Below are positions 25,071 to 36,124 of a stretch of DNA of 36,243 nucleotides, in pieces. How positions within the stretch are numbered: position 1 is the stretch's first letter; every line of letters starts with the position of its first letter. The translations under genes were made by a program, and so were the position numbers. The notes beneath the pieces were generated by a model. It worked only from the letters and a program-made list of their open reading frames with translations. It was not told the DNA's origin and did no database searches. This DNA is from Chiloscyllium plagiosum (Eukaryota), in contig NC_057759.1 in the NCBI RefSeq assembly GCF_004010195.1, forward strand, positions 62,001 to 98,243. Direction: 5' to 3'.

Positions 25071-25560
25071 ATAGAAACAGATTGATCATGATGCTCAGGT
25101 GTCAAATAGCAAAATCTGATAGCATTTGGTATTTGCACTCCGATATTGATATAGCTAAATCTGACAAAGATCAATATGTACATTCACATAGAAGAAACTG
25201 AAGGGTACAAATTGATGCGTGCATGTTTATAGTCAGGCAGCCGGAACTGACAGGTATAGATACATAAGTAAACTCTCATATCCAGACATGCACTTACATC
25301 AGGTAGTCCCATTTGTGGCACTGTAGAGGTACTGGTTAGGATCTGGGTCTCAGTGAATTGGTATAGATTTTGTTTTTTGTTACAATGACCAGACAAAGAG
25401 CAGCTGAGGCCAAGAATAGAATCAGTGGTTCTGTTGGAATTACTGGCTTGAAAGAAAAACAGCCTAATGATTAGTAAATAAATATTACATTGAAAGGTTT
25501 GATACTGTCAAACTCACATAATGTTGAGTTATAGGCGATGCCTCCTCTCTCTTCCTTCAG

Positions 25561-25642
25561 ATAAACACTTGAAGGACCAAGAGAATGTAATATTATCTCA
25601 GTATGAAGCCAAGTGTGATCAGTTCCTTCTGACAAACAGCAG
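25561..25642 (+). other. Candidate small non-coding exon, copy 3 (82 nt)
   Basis: cctcctctctcttccttcAG|ataaac...cagcag|GTAAGT. Confidence 0.5.
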
Positions 25643-25834
25643 GTAAGTTTACCATTCTCCGACTGAAGAGCAGCCTTTCTGTAGTCATAGAGCAGTTTGA
25701 ATTGAGCTCAATTTCCAGAGAGGAATTTTCGAACCAGGAATCAAATATTACCAAGCAATTATAATTTATTTTTTTATCTCTCTCCATTCTCAATGCACAT
25801 TACCCCAATTCCAATAAATTTTAGCATTCACAGC

Positions 25835-27964
25835 CATAGAGTCACAGAGATGAACAACACAGAAACAGACCCTTTGGTCCAAATTATCTCTGCCAACCAA
25901 ATATCCTAGTCACATTTGCCAGCACTTGGCCCATATCCCTCTAAACCCATCCTATTCGTATACCCATCCAGATGTCTTTTAAATTTTGTAATTAACCCAG
26001 CCTCCACTTCCTCTGGTAGCTCATTCCATACACACACCACCTTACACGTGAAGAGGTTGCCCCTTAGGCCCTTTTTAAATTGTTCCCCTTTCCCCTTACA
26101 CCTATGCCCTCTAGTTTTGGACTCGCTCACCCCAGGGAAAATACATTGTCTAGTAATCCTATCCATGTCCCTCATGGTTTTATAAACCACTATAAGTTCA
26201 CCCTGCAGCCTCCAACGCTCCTGGGAAAACTGCCTCTTTATTCAGCCTCTCCCTATATCTCAAATCCTCCAACCGTGGCAAGATCTTTGTAAATCTTTTC
26301 TGAACCCATTCAAGTTTCACAGTACCACAGTTTAGGAGGGAGATCAGAATTGCACACAGTATTCCAAAAATGGCCTAACCAATGATCTGTACAGCTGCAA
26401 CATGACCTCTCAACTTCTACGCTCAATGCTCTGACCAATAAAGGAAAACATACCAAATGTTTCTTCACTATCCTATCTTTCCACTTTCATGGAACTATCA
26501 ACCTGTATTCCAAGGTTTATTTCTTCAGCAACATTCCCCACAACCTTATCATGAAGTGTATAAGTCTTCCTCTGATAAGCTTTTCCTAAATGCAGCACCT
26601 CACATTGATCTGAATTAAACTCTATCTGCCAGTCTTCAGCCCATTGGTCCATCTGATTCAGATCCTGTTGTACTCGGAAGTAACCTTCACTGTCCACAAC
26701 ACGTCCGATTTTGGTGCAATCTGCAAACCTACTAACTATACCTCCTGTGTTCAGATCCAAATCATTTACATAAATGATGAAAAGCTGTGGACCCAGCACT
26801 GATCCTTGTAACACACCACTGGTCACATGTCTCCGGTCTGAAAAACAACCCTCCACCACCATCCTCTTTCTTCTACTCTTCGCGGCAGTTCTGTTTCCAA
26901 ATGGCTAGTTCTTCTTGTATTCCATATGATCTAACCTTGCTAACCAGTCTACCATGAGGAACTTTGTCAAACGCCTTACTGAAGCCCATAAAGATCAAGT
27001 CTACCAGTCTGCCCTCATCAATCCTCTTTGTTACTCCTTCAATAAACTCAATCAAATTAGCGAGACATGATTTGCCACATACACAACCATGTTGCCTGTC
27101 CCTAATCAGTCTTTGCCTTTCCAAATACATATAAATTCTGTCCCTCAGAATTCCCTGCAACAGCTTGCCCACCACCAATGTCAGACTCGCCAGCCTATAG
27201 TTCCCTGGCTTGTCCTTGCCACCTTTCTTAAATCGTGGTACCATGTTAGCCAACCTCCGGTCTTCCAGCACCCCACCTGTGACTATCGATGATACAAATA
27301 TCTCAGCAAGGGGCCCAGCAATCACTTCCCTAGCTTCCCACAGAGTTCTCGGATGCACCTGATCAGGTCCTGGGGAGTTACCATTTTTGCGTTTTAAGAC
27401 ATCCAACACCACCACCTCAGTAATATGGACATTTCTCAAGATGTCACCATCCATTTCCCCATATTCTGTATTCTCCATGTGCTTCTCCACAATAAACACT
27501 GATGCAAGATAGTCATTTCTTATCTCTCCCATCTCCTGCGGTTCCACACATAGGCTGCCTTGCAAATCTTTGTGAGGGGCCTCATTTTCACCCTAGTTAT
27601 CCTTTTGTCCTTAATGTATTTTTAGAATTCCTTAGGATTCTCTTTAACCCTATTTGCCAAAGATATCACATGTCCTCTTTTTGCCTTCTTGATTTCCCTC
27701 TTAAGGAAATGCCAACTGCCTTTATACTTTTCTAAGGATTCACACTATCTTTGCTGTCTATACCTGACATATGCTCCCTTCATTTTCTTGACCAAAACTT
27801 CAACTTCACTCATCATCCACATTGCCTACACCTACCAGGCTTTCCTTTCACCCTATCTGGATTCTCGTTCTCATTTTTGAAAGCTTCTTATTTTCTAGCC
27901 ATCCCTTTACCTGTGAATATCTGCCCCCAATGAACATTTGAAAGTTCTTGCCTAATACTGTCAA
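25835..27964 (-). mobile_element. 5'-truncated CR1-type LINE
   Basis: Minus-strand ORFs with NSPGPDQVHPR, KPGNYRLASL, FSKAFDKVPHGRL, SGVLQGSVLGP, FADCTK, SKTRGHR, WNELP. Confidence 0.95.
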
Positions 27965-28305
27965 GCCCATTGACATTGACACCTTTTTCCAAGAGCGTTA
28001 CTCTGCATTCTTGTCTGAAATGCACACTTGGGAATGACATTGAATCTACAGTTAATATGACATTTTAAAAATTAAAAGCAAGATGGGGAAAAGTCAGGCT
28101 GTAACATAATTTCAAAAACCACACATAACATCCATGTTAAATATAGACATATGAGGAAAGTAAACAAAAGTCACCAATTTACAGGATGAAACACAGTTAT
28201 TGAATTTATTAGAGATTGGGCAGGACAGAATTAATCCTGTGAACAGCTATCACATTAAAAAAATGTGAATTCCAAACACACATTCTGTGCCAAAGCCTGA
28301 CAAAT

Positions 28306-28459
28306 AAAACTGCAAATGACAGAAACCAGAAACAAAGTAATAATTGCTGGAAAAACTCAGCACATCTGGCAACATCTGTTGAGAGAAAGCAGAGTTAAAG
28401 CTTTGTGACCAGTGATTGTTGTTCAGAACTCAGTTTCTCCAGGAATTTCTGTCTTTGCT
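28306..28459 (-). mobile_element. Penelope-derived short element (family C) with a 10-bp TSD
   Basis: attgctggaaaaactcagca.atctggca.catctgt.gagagaaagcagagttaa; TSD cctgacaaat at 28296-28305 and 28460-28469. Confidence 0.75.
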
Positions 28460-29299
28460 CCTGACAAATGGAGAATAATTACTACAGACACACACACATA
28501 GACACACACACACAGAGCAACTGACTAATTCAGAATTTGTTTGAAATGCTAACATCATAACTACAGACAATGACTAACGGTTATGGAATTCCATATATAC
28601 TGCAGGCAACAGAAAAAGGTTACAATCAAAATGAATATCACCTATGAATTCATTGCGGTCTGCAGCAGTCAGAAACATCCAGCTAACAATTCTACTCCCA
28701 TTCAGACAGCATTCCATTTCCATAAATGTATCATGGTGGCAGAGGAGCTGCCTTCCCTACCTTTATCACAACATCATTCTCCATTTTTCCAAATTGCAGG
28801 AACAGATTTTCTTTTTAACCCTACCTGTATCAAAAACACATCCCATGCCTTTGCTTCAAATGAAATTAAGTTTTCGACATATAATCCTGTGTTTCACTTG
28901 ACCCTCCTTCTGAAGTCTGATGTAAAACGCAAGAAAACTTGGTGCCATTTTCTCAAATACTCAATGTGATCACAATCCTATTTTGAAACAGTGGAGTAGG
29001 AAAGATTTAGTGACATAAGGCAGATAGGTAAAGCTGCTCAATTTTCTTTTTGCGACAGGAGTTCAAGAGTTTAATTCTTCAATAAATTTACTTTGACCGT
29101 TCCAATTTCCTCCACTGCACGAGAGAAAATCAGAGTCCTTCTGCATTCCTCCTCCCCCGATAGAGCCATACATGTGTCCCAATGATGGTGAGCACCATCA
29201 CAATACAGAGCAGGGTAATGAACACCTACCTTTACTTCAACACTGTTCAAATAGTTATATCACTGTGCACTGAGAACACTTACTGGTTATGATCCTGAT

Positions 29300-30669
29300 T
29301 AGGAAGGACAATGAGCTGAGGAGTGGCAGATGGAGTTTAGTTTAGATACATGTGAGATTTTACATTTTGATAACGCAAACCAGGGCAAAACTTATACTTG
29401 GCAAGTCTTGCTGAACAAAGAGACCTCGGGAGGCAGCTGCATATTTCCTTGAAAGTAGAGTCACAGGTAGACAAGGCGGTGAAGGAGGCATTTGGCATGC
29501 TTGCCTTCATTGGTCAGAACATTTGAATGTAGGAGTTGGGATGTCATGTGGTGGATGTACAAAACATTGGTGAGGCCACTTTTGGAGTTTGTACAATTCT
29601 CATCAACTTGCTACAGGAAGGATGTTGTTAAACTTAAGATGGTGCATAAAAGATTTACAAGGGTGTTATAGAGATATAGAGTCATACAGCAGAGAATCAG
29701 GCTCTTCAGCCCACCATATCCAACAAACACCAAACTGCAATCTACCTGCGCTTAGCCCATAGCCTACCATACCCTGGCTTTTTAAAGGCATATCCAGATG
29801 CTGCTTAAATGCTGTGAGAGTACTCCACCACCCCCTCAGGCAGCACGTTCCAAACTTTGCCCACTCTCTAGATCAAAATATTTTTCTCTGGTATCTTCTA
29901 AACTGCATTCTCCGCACCTTCAACTTGTAACCTTTGGTCTTAGACACATCTGCCATGGGCAGAAAGATTCTCACGATCCACTCTGTCTGCATCACTCATA
30001 ATTTGGTATACTTCAGTCAGATCCTCCCTCCACCTCCTCTGCTACAATGAAACCAAACCTGGCCTATCCAGTCTCTCCTCATGATGGAGACTTTCCAACC
30101 CACTGCACCCTCTCCAGTACAATCAAAACTGCACATTCCAGTATTCTATCTGTGGCCGAGCCAATATTTTGTAAATTTGTTAGAAGACTTCCTTGCTGTT
30201 ACATTGTACAGCTCAGGTAATTCTGTATGCCTCCTTCAGCAGCCTGTCTGCCTGTGCTGACACCTTCTGGAATCTATAAACTTGTACACCATTGTCCCCT
30301 TCTTTCTCAGTATTCCCTAGGGACCAGTCCTTCATTGTGTAATTCTTTCCCGTATTAGACCTACGAAGATGCATTACCTCATACCTACCAGGATTAAATT
30401 CTGTCTGCCATTGCCCTGCCCAATGTACTCATACTGTAGCCTGAGACCATCCCCCTTACTGTCAATCACACCCCTAATTTTCATATCATGGAAAAAAGAA
30501 CAGTACAGCACAGGAACAGGCCCAATACCCTCCAAACCTGCACTGAAAAATTTTGCGCTTCCACGTTAAAATCTCATCTACAGGCTGATTAATCATATGC
30601 TCTACATTCACATCCAAGTTGTTAATTTACATAACAAACAGCAAGGATCCCAGCACTGATCCCCGTGGC
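29300..30669. mobile_element. Tail-to-tail CR1-type fragments (+ at ~29300-29665, - at ~29670-30669)
   Basis: gagtggcagatggagttt..aaaacattggtgaggccacttttgga (+); gagtcatacagc..cttcagcccac..cccagcactgatcccc (-). Confidence 0.75.
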
Positions 30670-32057
30670 TGTAGTGGTGGCCTGTATCTGGCCAGAATAG
30701 AGTGGCCCATGTCTGTTACCACAAACTGGTGTGTAAATGGAAAGTAGAATTAAACAGGATGTGAAACAGAATGGCAGGCAGAAACTAAGCTAAACAGCCT
30801 ACTTACACTCAGTGGGGCGTAATGATACCATTGAATAAGCCACTGCAAGGACAGTAAAAATTACAGGAAGACATAAGGTCCAATAAATGAGTAACTCCAG
30901 TCACATTAAATGAAAGGGTAATTGTCCCAGTTAATGAACAGATATCAGATGCTAGTTACAGCCCATTAATGCCCTAAACCAGCTGAGGATGCAACAGCTA
31001 AAGTTATCTTATCGTACTCAGTTTCTTGAAATATGTTAGAGTATTAAGACAAAGATTCTCACAAAGAGTAGTTTTCAACATAACAAACGGGTGCATAATA
31101 CCAAAGCATAAAGGGGAAAAGAAGCATTTAAACATGGAAGTGAAGGTTAGCTAGCTTTAGGTAATGCCTTCTTTTGCACCCAGAACAAAATAGATTGCTC
31201 ACAGCCCATTAATCACAAAGTGCTAACAGTTGGGGCAAATACATTACTTTACACTTTGTAACTAAGTTTTTATAACAGAAATTAAAATTACAAGTTGATA
31301 GTAATTAAGTCAAAACAGACTGTACTTTGTTTTTTCTTCATATATAATTAGGACAGTTGGGGATATAAGAAGAGCAATTGAATTTGATAAAATGGAATAC
31401 AATGAATAACAACATTCAAGCTGTCCCTAGAGATGAGCTACCCTCAGAGAAACCCAAAGGTGTTCAGCAAATAACTTTGGAATGTGAATGAATAGGATAC
31501 ATAGAAAGATCGCAAGGCCTAGAGATTACATTTACCTCCATTTATCCCCATTTATCTCTCCACCCTGAAGGCTTCCTGCCTCTATTCCTGATGAAGGGCT
31601 TTTGCGCAAAACGTTGATTTTTCCTGCTCCTCAGATGCTTCCTGACCTGTGCTTTTCCAGCACCACTCTAACCTAAACTCTGGTTTCCAGCAACTGCAGT
31701 CCTCACTTTTGCATAGCGATTACAGTGTCCGCTAAATACTGAGAGGTCAGGGAATCATGCGGCTGTCCATAGAAATACCAGTCATTGGTTAAGTGTCTCA
31801 TAGAATAGAGTATGCAAAGTAAGGGGAGGAACATGACAATTACATACAATGTGATTACTAACAGGAAGTTTATAAAAAGTACTGCTTTTTATTGTAAAAT
31901 CAGTGTGTCATGGACCTCTCTTCTGAGGCCAGTCTCAGGGGAAGATCATTTGGCCCTCTCCTTGCACTAACTGGTTTCTGCTTGAATAAATACCAACCAT
32001 TTGCCTGAATCCTGCATGCCTAGTCTTTCATCTCCAGCTGTGGGTTATGTTCCGACA
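30670..32057 (+). mobile_element. Solo LTR-like element (TGTAG...GACA), homologous to 12418-13600
   Basis: TG..CA termini, TATAAAAA at ~31871, AATAAA at 31985-31990, colinear homology to 12418-13600. Confidence 0.78.
31531..31713 (+). mobile_element. Family-A Penelope-derived element nested in the LTR, with an 11-bp TSD
   Basis: TSD tagagattaca 31520-31530 and tagcgattaca 31714-31724; the other LTR copy shows the empty site (ctagagactatagtg, ~13265). Confidence 0.85.
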
Positions 32058-32119
32058 AAGGCCATACGGAAGTCCATGTTTACCACGTCAACCGCAATAC
32101 TCTCATCAGAATGTTTTGT

Positions 32120-32775
32120 TGCTAGGACTGGAGGTTTTGAGTTAGAGGGAGAGGCTGAACAAGCTGTTGCTTTGTTCTCTAGACTGTCAGAGAATGAGGT
32201 GTGACTTTTGTACAGGTTGAGAAAATCATGAGGGGCATGTTAGGGTGAATAGCCACGGTCTTTTTCTGAATGTGGGTGAGTGCAAAAATAGAGGACACAG
32301 GTATGAATTGTGGAAAAAAGATTTTAAAAGGGCCTGTGGGGTTACTCTATCACATAGAGGATGGTGCTTGTATGGAATGAGATACCAGAGGAAGTGGAGG
32401 TGGTGGGTACAATTACAACCTTTTATAGGCACCTGGATATATCCAAGAATAGGAACAGTTTAGAGGGGTATGCGCTAAAAGCTGGCAAATGTGACTAGCT
32501 ATGATATGGAGGTGCCAGTGTTGGACTGGGGTGGACAAAATTAAGAACAACACAACACCAGTTTCTTGAACAGCAGGTTTATTTGGAAGCACTAGCTTTC
32601 AGTGCACTGCTCCTTCATCACTCTGAAAGCTGTTGCTTCCACATAAACCTATTGTACTACAACCTGGTGTTGAGATTTTCAACTTAAATGGGACGAAGTC
32701 AGATTAGGATCTCTCGTCAGCACTAACAGCTTGCACCAAAGGATCTGTTTCTGTGCTGTATAACTGTATGACTCT
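32120..32775 (+). mobile_element. CR1-type LINE 3' end with a nested fold-back family-B element (~32505-32685)
   Basis: ECKNRGHRYEL, gtatggaatgag..ccagaggaagtgg, tail ctgtttctgtgctgtataactgtatgactct. Confidence 0.8.
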
Positions 32776-34080
32776 CTGAAGGCAGGACCTTGATATCACT
32801 GCTCCCAGTTAGACACTGCACTATCAGAGTTGCAATGGTCAATTGCCTTTCCCTCCTTGACTCTGAAGAACAGCACAGATCCATTCTATGACAATGTTTT
32901 GGGATTTCACTTGCCTGTGAATTCTACAGGTGCAAACAGTCAAAGAAAATAAGGTCTTTCCCATTCACTTCAGGAAACATGAACTGAAAACTCTCTCCTT
33001 TTGCGAAGTGGCTGTCCACTTAATCGCAAGCACTTAAACTGCTCAGTAACACAATGCAGGAAGATTGAAGCAGGTTCAATCGAGTGTGAGCATCCTTCCT
33101 GCATCATAACAACTGTTTCTTTCAAAAATCTTTTTTATACATAAAATCAGTGCATGTACACAACAGCCCAAGTAGTCAACATTAAATTTTAGTTTCCAAG
33201 TTTTTCACCAGGCAACATGGTTCTAATCTGTTCACAGTATGTCACATCTGAGCAGAGTTTTGAAGTACAATAAACCATATTATCAGTCCCATGGAATAGC
33301 ACAGACTGACAGGTAGAAAGTACTTTCTGAGTACACAAAACGTACAAGTGAATGGAAGAAACAAGATTAGTTCTGTACTCCCAGAAGAACAAAGAGTTGC
33401 AGACTGCACCAGTTATTGTCCTTATTCATGTAAGGAAGGACTTGAAGGAAACTGATAATTTCTGGATATACCAAAGAATGAGATGCTGTCAATACACAGT
33501 GGATACAGAATAACTTGCAACGTACAGGAATACTGTCAGGTTAGTAGGTCTATTGGCAAAAATGGAAAAGTCATGACCTCAAAGATCTTGCAGTTGGGAG
33601 AACTAGCATTTCATTTAAAATGTAGTCCAGGACAGTGTGTCAGCCCGAGTGAACAAGTGAACTTCCTATAGATTTTAAATGCATGGTATCACCTTGGTCA
33701 AAAAGTAAATTCTACTTGTTTATTAGAAAATACTGAACCTACTGCATGTTCACAATGTATTCCACTTAAGTAGGGAAAGAAGTAAATAAAAATCCAGACT
33801 AATTATTCATCCAGTTATCTCACCATGGCTTAAACATGCTGTCTGACTCTGACTGTATGTAATTCATGTATCAATTCTTGTTGTCCAAACTGGAGGGATT
33901 AAATAGCAGACCAAGTGCCAGATTGAAACACATATTGCAATTTCATTTGTTTCCACAAGGAGAAAACAGAACACATCTCAGACGAAATGACTGAATAAAT
34001 ACTTTGTTTTCAAAAGTCCAAGGGGAAATCAAACATTGACATGAAAATGTACACGTTTAAACAGATATCCAGAGATTATT

Positions 34081-34135
34081 GGACAGTCGCCCGAAACTGG
34101 AATCGAACCAGTGTCCCTGGCTCGGTGAGGCAGAT
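34081..34135 (-). mobile_element. tRNA-derived SINE head remnant (HE1-like)
   Basis: acagtcgcccga..ctggaatcgaacc..gtccctggc..gtgaggcag; B-box-like GGTTCGATTCC on the minus strand. Confidence 0.55.
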
Positions 34136-34350
34136 AGGACCAGAAACAGACATGCTGAGCTGCAAACTCACCCTTCCACTCCCACATCAGCGCAACAACG
34201 AGCAAAAGGAAACCGAGCCAATATCACAGTCACTTTCTGTGTCACAGACACAAAACACATCTCCCTCAGTCAGACTCATAGGAACAGAATCACCATCCAC
34301 TTTACATTTCGTTGCAGATTTTGACAGATCTCCATTGGATCGCATGTAAA

Positions 34351-34460
34351 CCAATCCGAGAGACTCAATGTTTGGGAATGACTCAGTGTAAACTACCCAA
34401 TCAGGAACCAGACATTCCTCCATCCTTCATTAGCATTGATGACGTCGTCAGGCTATAAAA
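34351..34460 (+). promoter_or_regulatory. H2B promoter: CCAAT x2, octamer variant, CRE-like site, TATA
   Basis: CCAAT 34351-34355 and 34397-34401; ATTAGCAT 34429-34436; TGACGTCG 34440-34447; TATAAAA 34454-34460. Confidence 0.8.
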
Positions 34461-34513
34461 AGGGAGTTCCGAGCTCGCTTTCACTTATTCTGGGACTGAA
34501 AGTGAGCGGTGCT

Positions 34514-34894
34514 ATGGCTGATGAGAAGAAAGCGCAGCAAGCCTCCAAGAAGGGCGCGAAGAAAATCATCAAGAAGACGCCAGCGAAGGGAGGCAAGAAG
34601 AGGAAGCGGACCAGGAAAGAAAGTTATGCCATCTACATCTACAAAGTGATGAAGCAGGTTCACCCCGACACCGGCATCTCCTCCAAGGCCATGAGCATCA
34701 TGAACTCGTTCGTCAACGATATTTTCGAGCGCATCGCGGGGGAGGCTTCCCGCCTGGCCCATTACAACAAACGCAGCACCATCAGCTCCCGGGAGATCCA
34801 GACCGCCGTGCGGCTGCTGCTGCCCGGGGAGCTGGCCAAGCACGCCGTGTCGGAGGGTACAAAGGCGGTGACCAAGTACACCAGCTCCAAGTGA
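34514..34894 (+). CDS. H2B: Histone H2B, 126 aa
   Basis: [110 protein letters not shown]. Confidence 0.98.
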   Translation: MADEKKAQQASKKGAKKIIKKTPAKGGKKRKRTRKESYAIYIYKVMKQVHPDTGISSKAMSIMNSFVNDIFERIAGEASRLAHYNKRSTISSREIQTAVRLLLPGELAKHAVSEGTKAVTKYTSSK

Positions 34895-34935
34895 GGGACC
34901 GCATTGTACTGAAACACACACATCCACAACCCAAA

Positions 34936-34976
34936 GGCTCTTATAAGAGCCACCCACAACTTCCCAGAGTGAGCTG
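34936..34976 (+). terminator. Histone 3' stem-loop plus HDE of H2B
   Basis: ccaaa GGCTCT-TATA-AGAGCC acccac at 34936-34951; AGAGTGAGCTG downstream. Confidence 0.9.
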
Positions 34977-35211
34977 AATTTTTTTTTAAAGATTGGTTTT
35001 GTTTTAGTTTATAAATGATTATTTTTAGCGTTATATTAAAGTTTTGCAAACTAATGAGGTACGGCGCGGGGAAGATTGCATTTACAGGCTCGTCCCTGTC
35101 TGTTGGAAGTGGGCAGATTAACTGTAAGTGAGTCATTTTTCACCTTGTTTATTTAACATTGGTAAAAGCCCTGGTAGAATGCTAATACTTCGTTTCACAC
35201 CTTGCAAACAA

Positions 35212-35288
35212 CCACCAAATGAAGGAGCAGCACTCCGAAAGCTAGTGCTTACAAATCAGCCTATTGGTGATACGTGATTTTTAACTTC
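35212..35288 (+). mobile_element. Family-B Penelope-derived fragment (mutated hammerhead core)
   Basis: ccaccaaatgaaggagcagcactccgaaagctagtgctt..gtgatttttaactt. Confidence 0.75.
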
Positions 35289-35306
35289 GCCAACAACACA
35301 TACTTG

Positions 35307-35492
35307 GTTCTGGATTAGTGGTGCTGGAAGAGCACAGCATTTCAGGCAGCATGCAAAGAATTATTCCTGATGAAGGGCTTTTGCCTGAAACGTCGATTTC
35401 GAAGCTCCTTGGATGCTGCCTGAACTGCTGTGCTCTTCCAGCACCACTAGTCCAGAATCTGGTTTCCAGCATCTGCAGTCGTTTTTACCTCA
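35307..35492 (+). mobile_element. Fold-back family-A element with a 15-bp TSD
   Basis: Arms ~35308-35357 and ~35409-35458; TSD aacaa(c/t)acatacttg at 35292-35306 and 35493-35507. Confidence 0.85.
35363..35398 (+). ncRNA. Minimal hammerhead-like motif (family A)
   Basis: AUUC-CUGAUGA-A-GGGC/UUUU/GCCU-GAAA-CG-UC-GAUU. Confidence 0.5.
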
Positions 35493-35749
35493 AACAATAC
35501 ATACTTGTCGACATCTTTCATCGCATACATTTTCATCTGATTTAAAAAACATATTTGCAATGCGCGGGTATAATCCGATTTTTCAGAATGCAAAAACCTA
35601 AGCACTTTCTGCTGTCGTTAAGAGGCTTTCAAAGGGAACCGAGAGAACGCCAAAACAGCTGCCGGATTGAAATGTGATGATTTTGCTGATTGATAGAGCG
35701 AGAGCAATAAGGGAGGACAGCTTTAAAATATCGTCTAAACAACATAATT

Positions 35750-36080
35750 TGGAGATGCCGGTGATGGACTGGGGTGCACAAAGTTGAAAATCACACAACA
35801 ACAAGTTATAGTCCAACAGGCTTAATTGGAAGCACACTAGCTTTCGGAGCGTAGCTCCTTCATCAGGTGGTAGTGGAGGGCTCAATCCTAACAGAATTTT
35901 TAGCAAAAATTTACAGTGTGATGTAACTGAAATTACGCATTGAAAAATTGATTTTGTTAAGCCTTTCATCTGTTAGAAAACCATGATAGTTTCACTTCTT
36001 TAATGTGTAAATCACAACTTTTTTAAAAAGTTGCATTCTCAGGTTAGCTGTTAACAATGGTGATAGCTAGACAATATGTT
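35750..36080 (-). mobile_element. Longer family-B Penelope pLTR fragment
   Basis: ggagatgccggtg.tggactgggg..aaaaatcacacaac..ttatagtccaacagg..ctagctttcggagc..ccttcatcaggtgg, followed by probable further element sequence (right boundary uncertain). Confidence 0.7.
35835..35869 (-). ncRNA. Minimal type-I hammerhead ribozyme motif (best-preserved copy)
   Basis: CAC-CUGAUGA-A-GGAGC/UAC/GCUCC-GAAA-GC-UA-GUG. Confidence 0.65.
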
Positions 36081-36124
36081 GTCTAACCACCGGGTTCGCC
36101 AACGCTACTGTGCTGGAAGAATGT

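Larger units (their letters stand above)
19720..25290. repeat. Degenerate ~47-50-bp minisatellite broken by at least six insertions
   Basis: Approximate consensus ttcacatagcagaaactgacagggatagattgataactacactcaca, in blocks ~19720-20200, 20975-21300, 22040-22390, 24155-24321 and 25071-25290. Confidence 0.8.
25290..33450 (+). repeat. Third, more diverged direct copy of the 16190-18400 unit, expanded by insertions
   Basis: Shared anchors: ttgagctcaatttccaga (16616/25702), gctaacaattcta..cagcattcc.tttccat (17401/28682), aagctgctca.ttttcttt (17752/29031), gttagac.ctgcactat (18130/32808). Confidence 0.75.

Noticed and set aside
19720..25290. Repeat-and-spacer appearance reminiscent of a CRISPR array
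   Set aside because: Eukaryotic context, degenerate contiguous units with no unique spacers, and no cas genes.
28583..28969. 128-aa ORF within the third duplicated unit
   Set aside because: No recognisable domain; the homologous region at ~17230-17700 has indels and no ORF.
34081..34135. Possible tRNA gene (B-box GGTTCGATTCC on the minus strand)
   Set aside because: No cloverleaf; the context matches a SINE head remnant.
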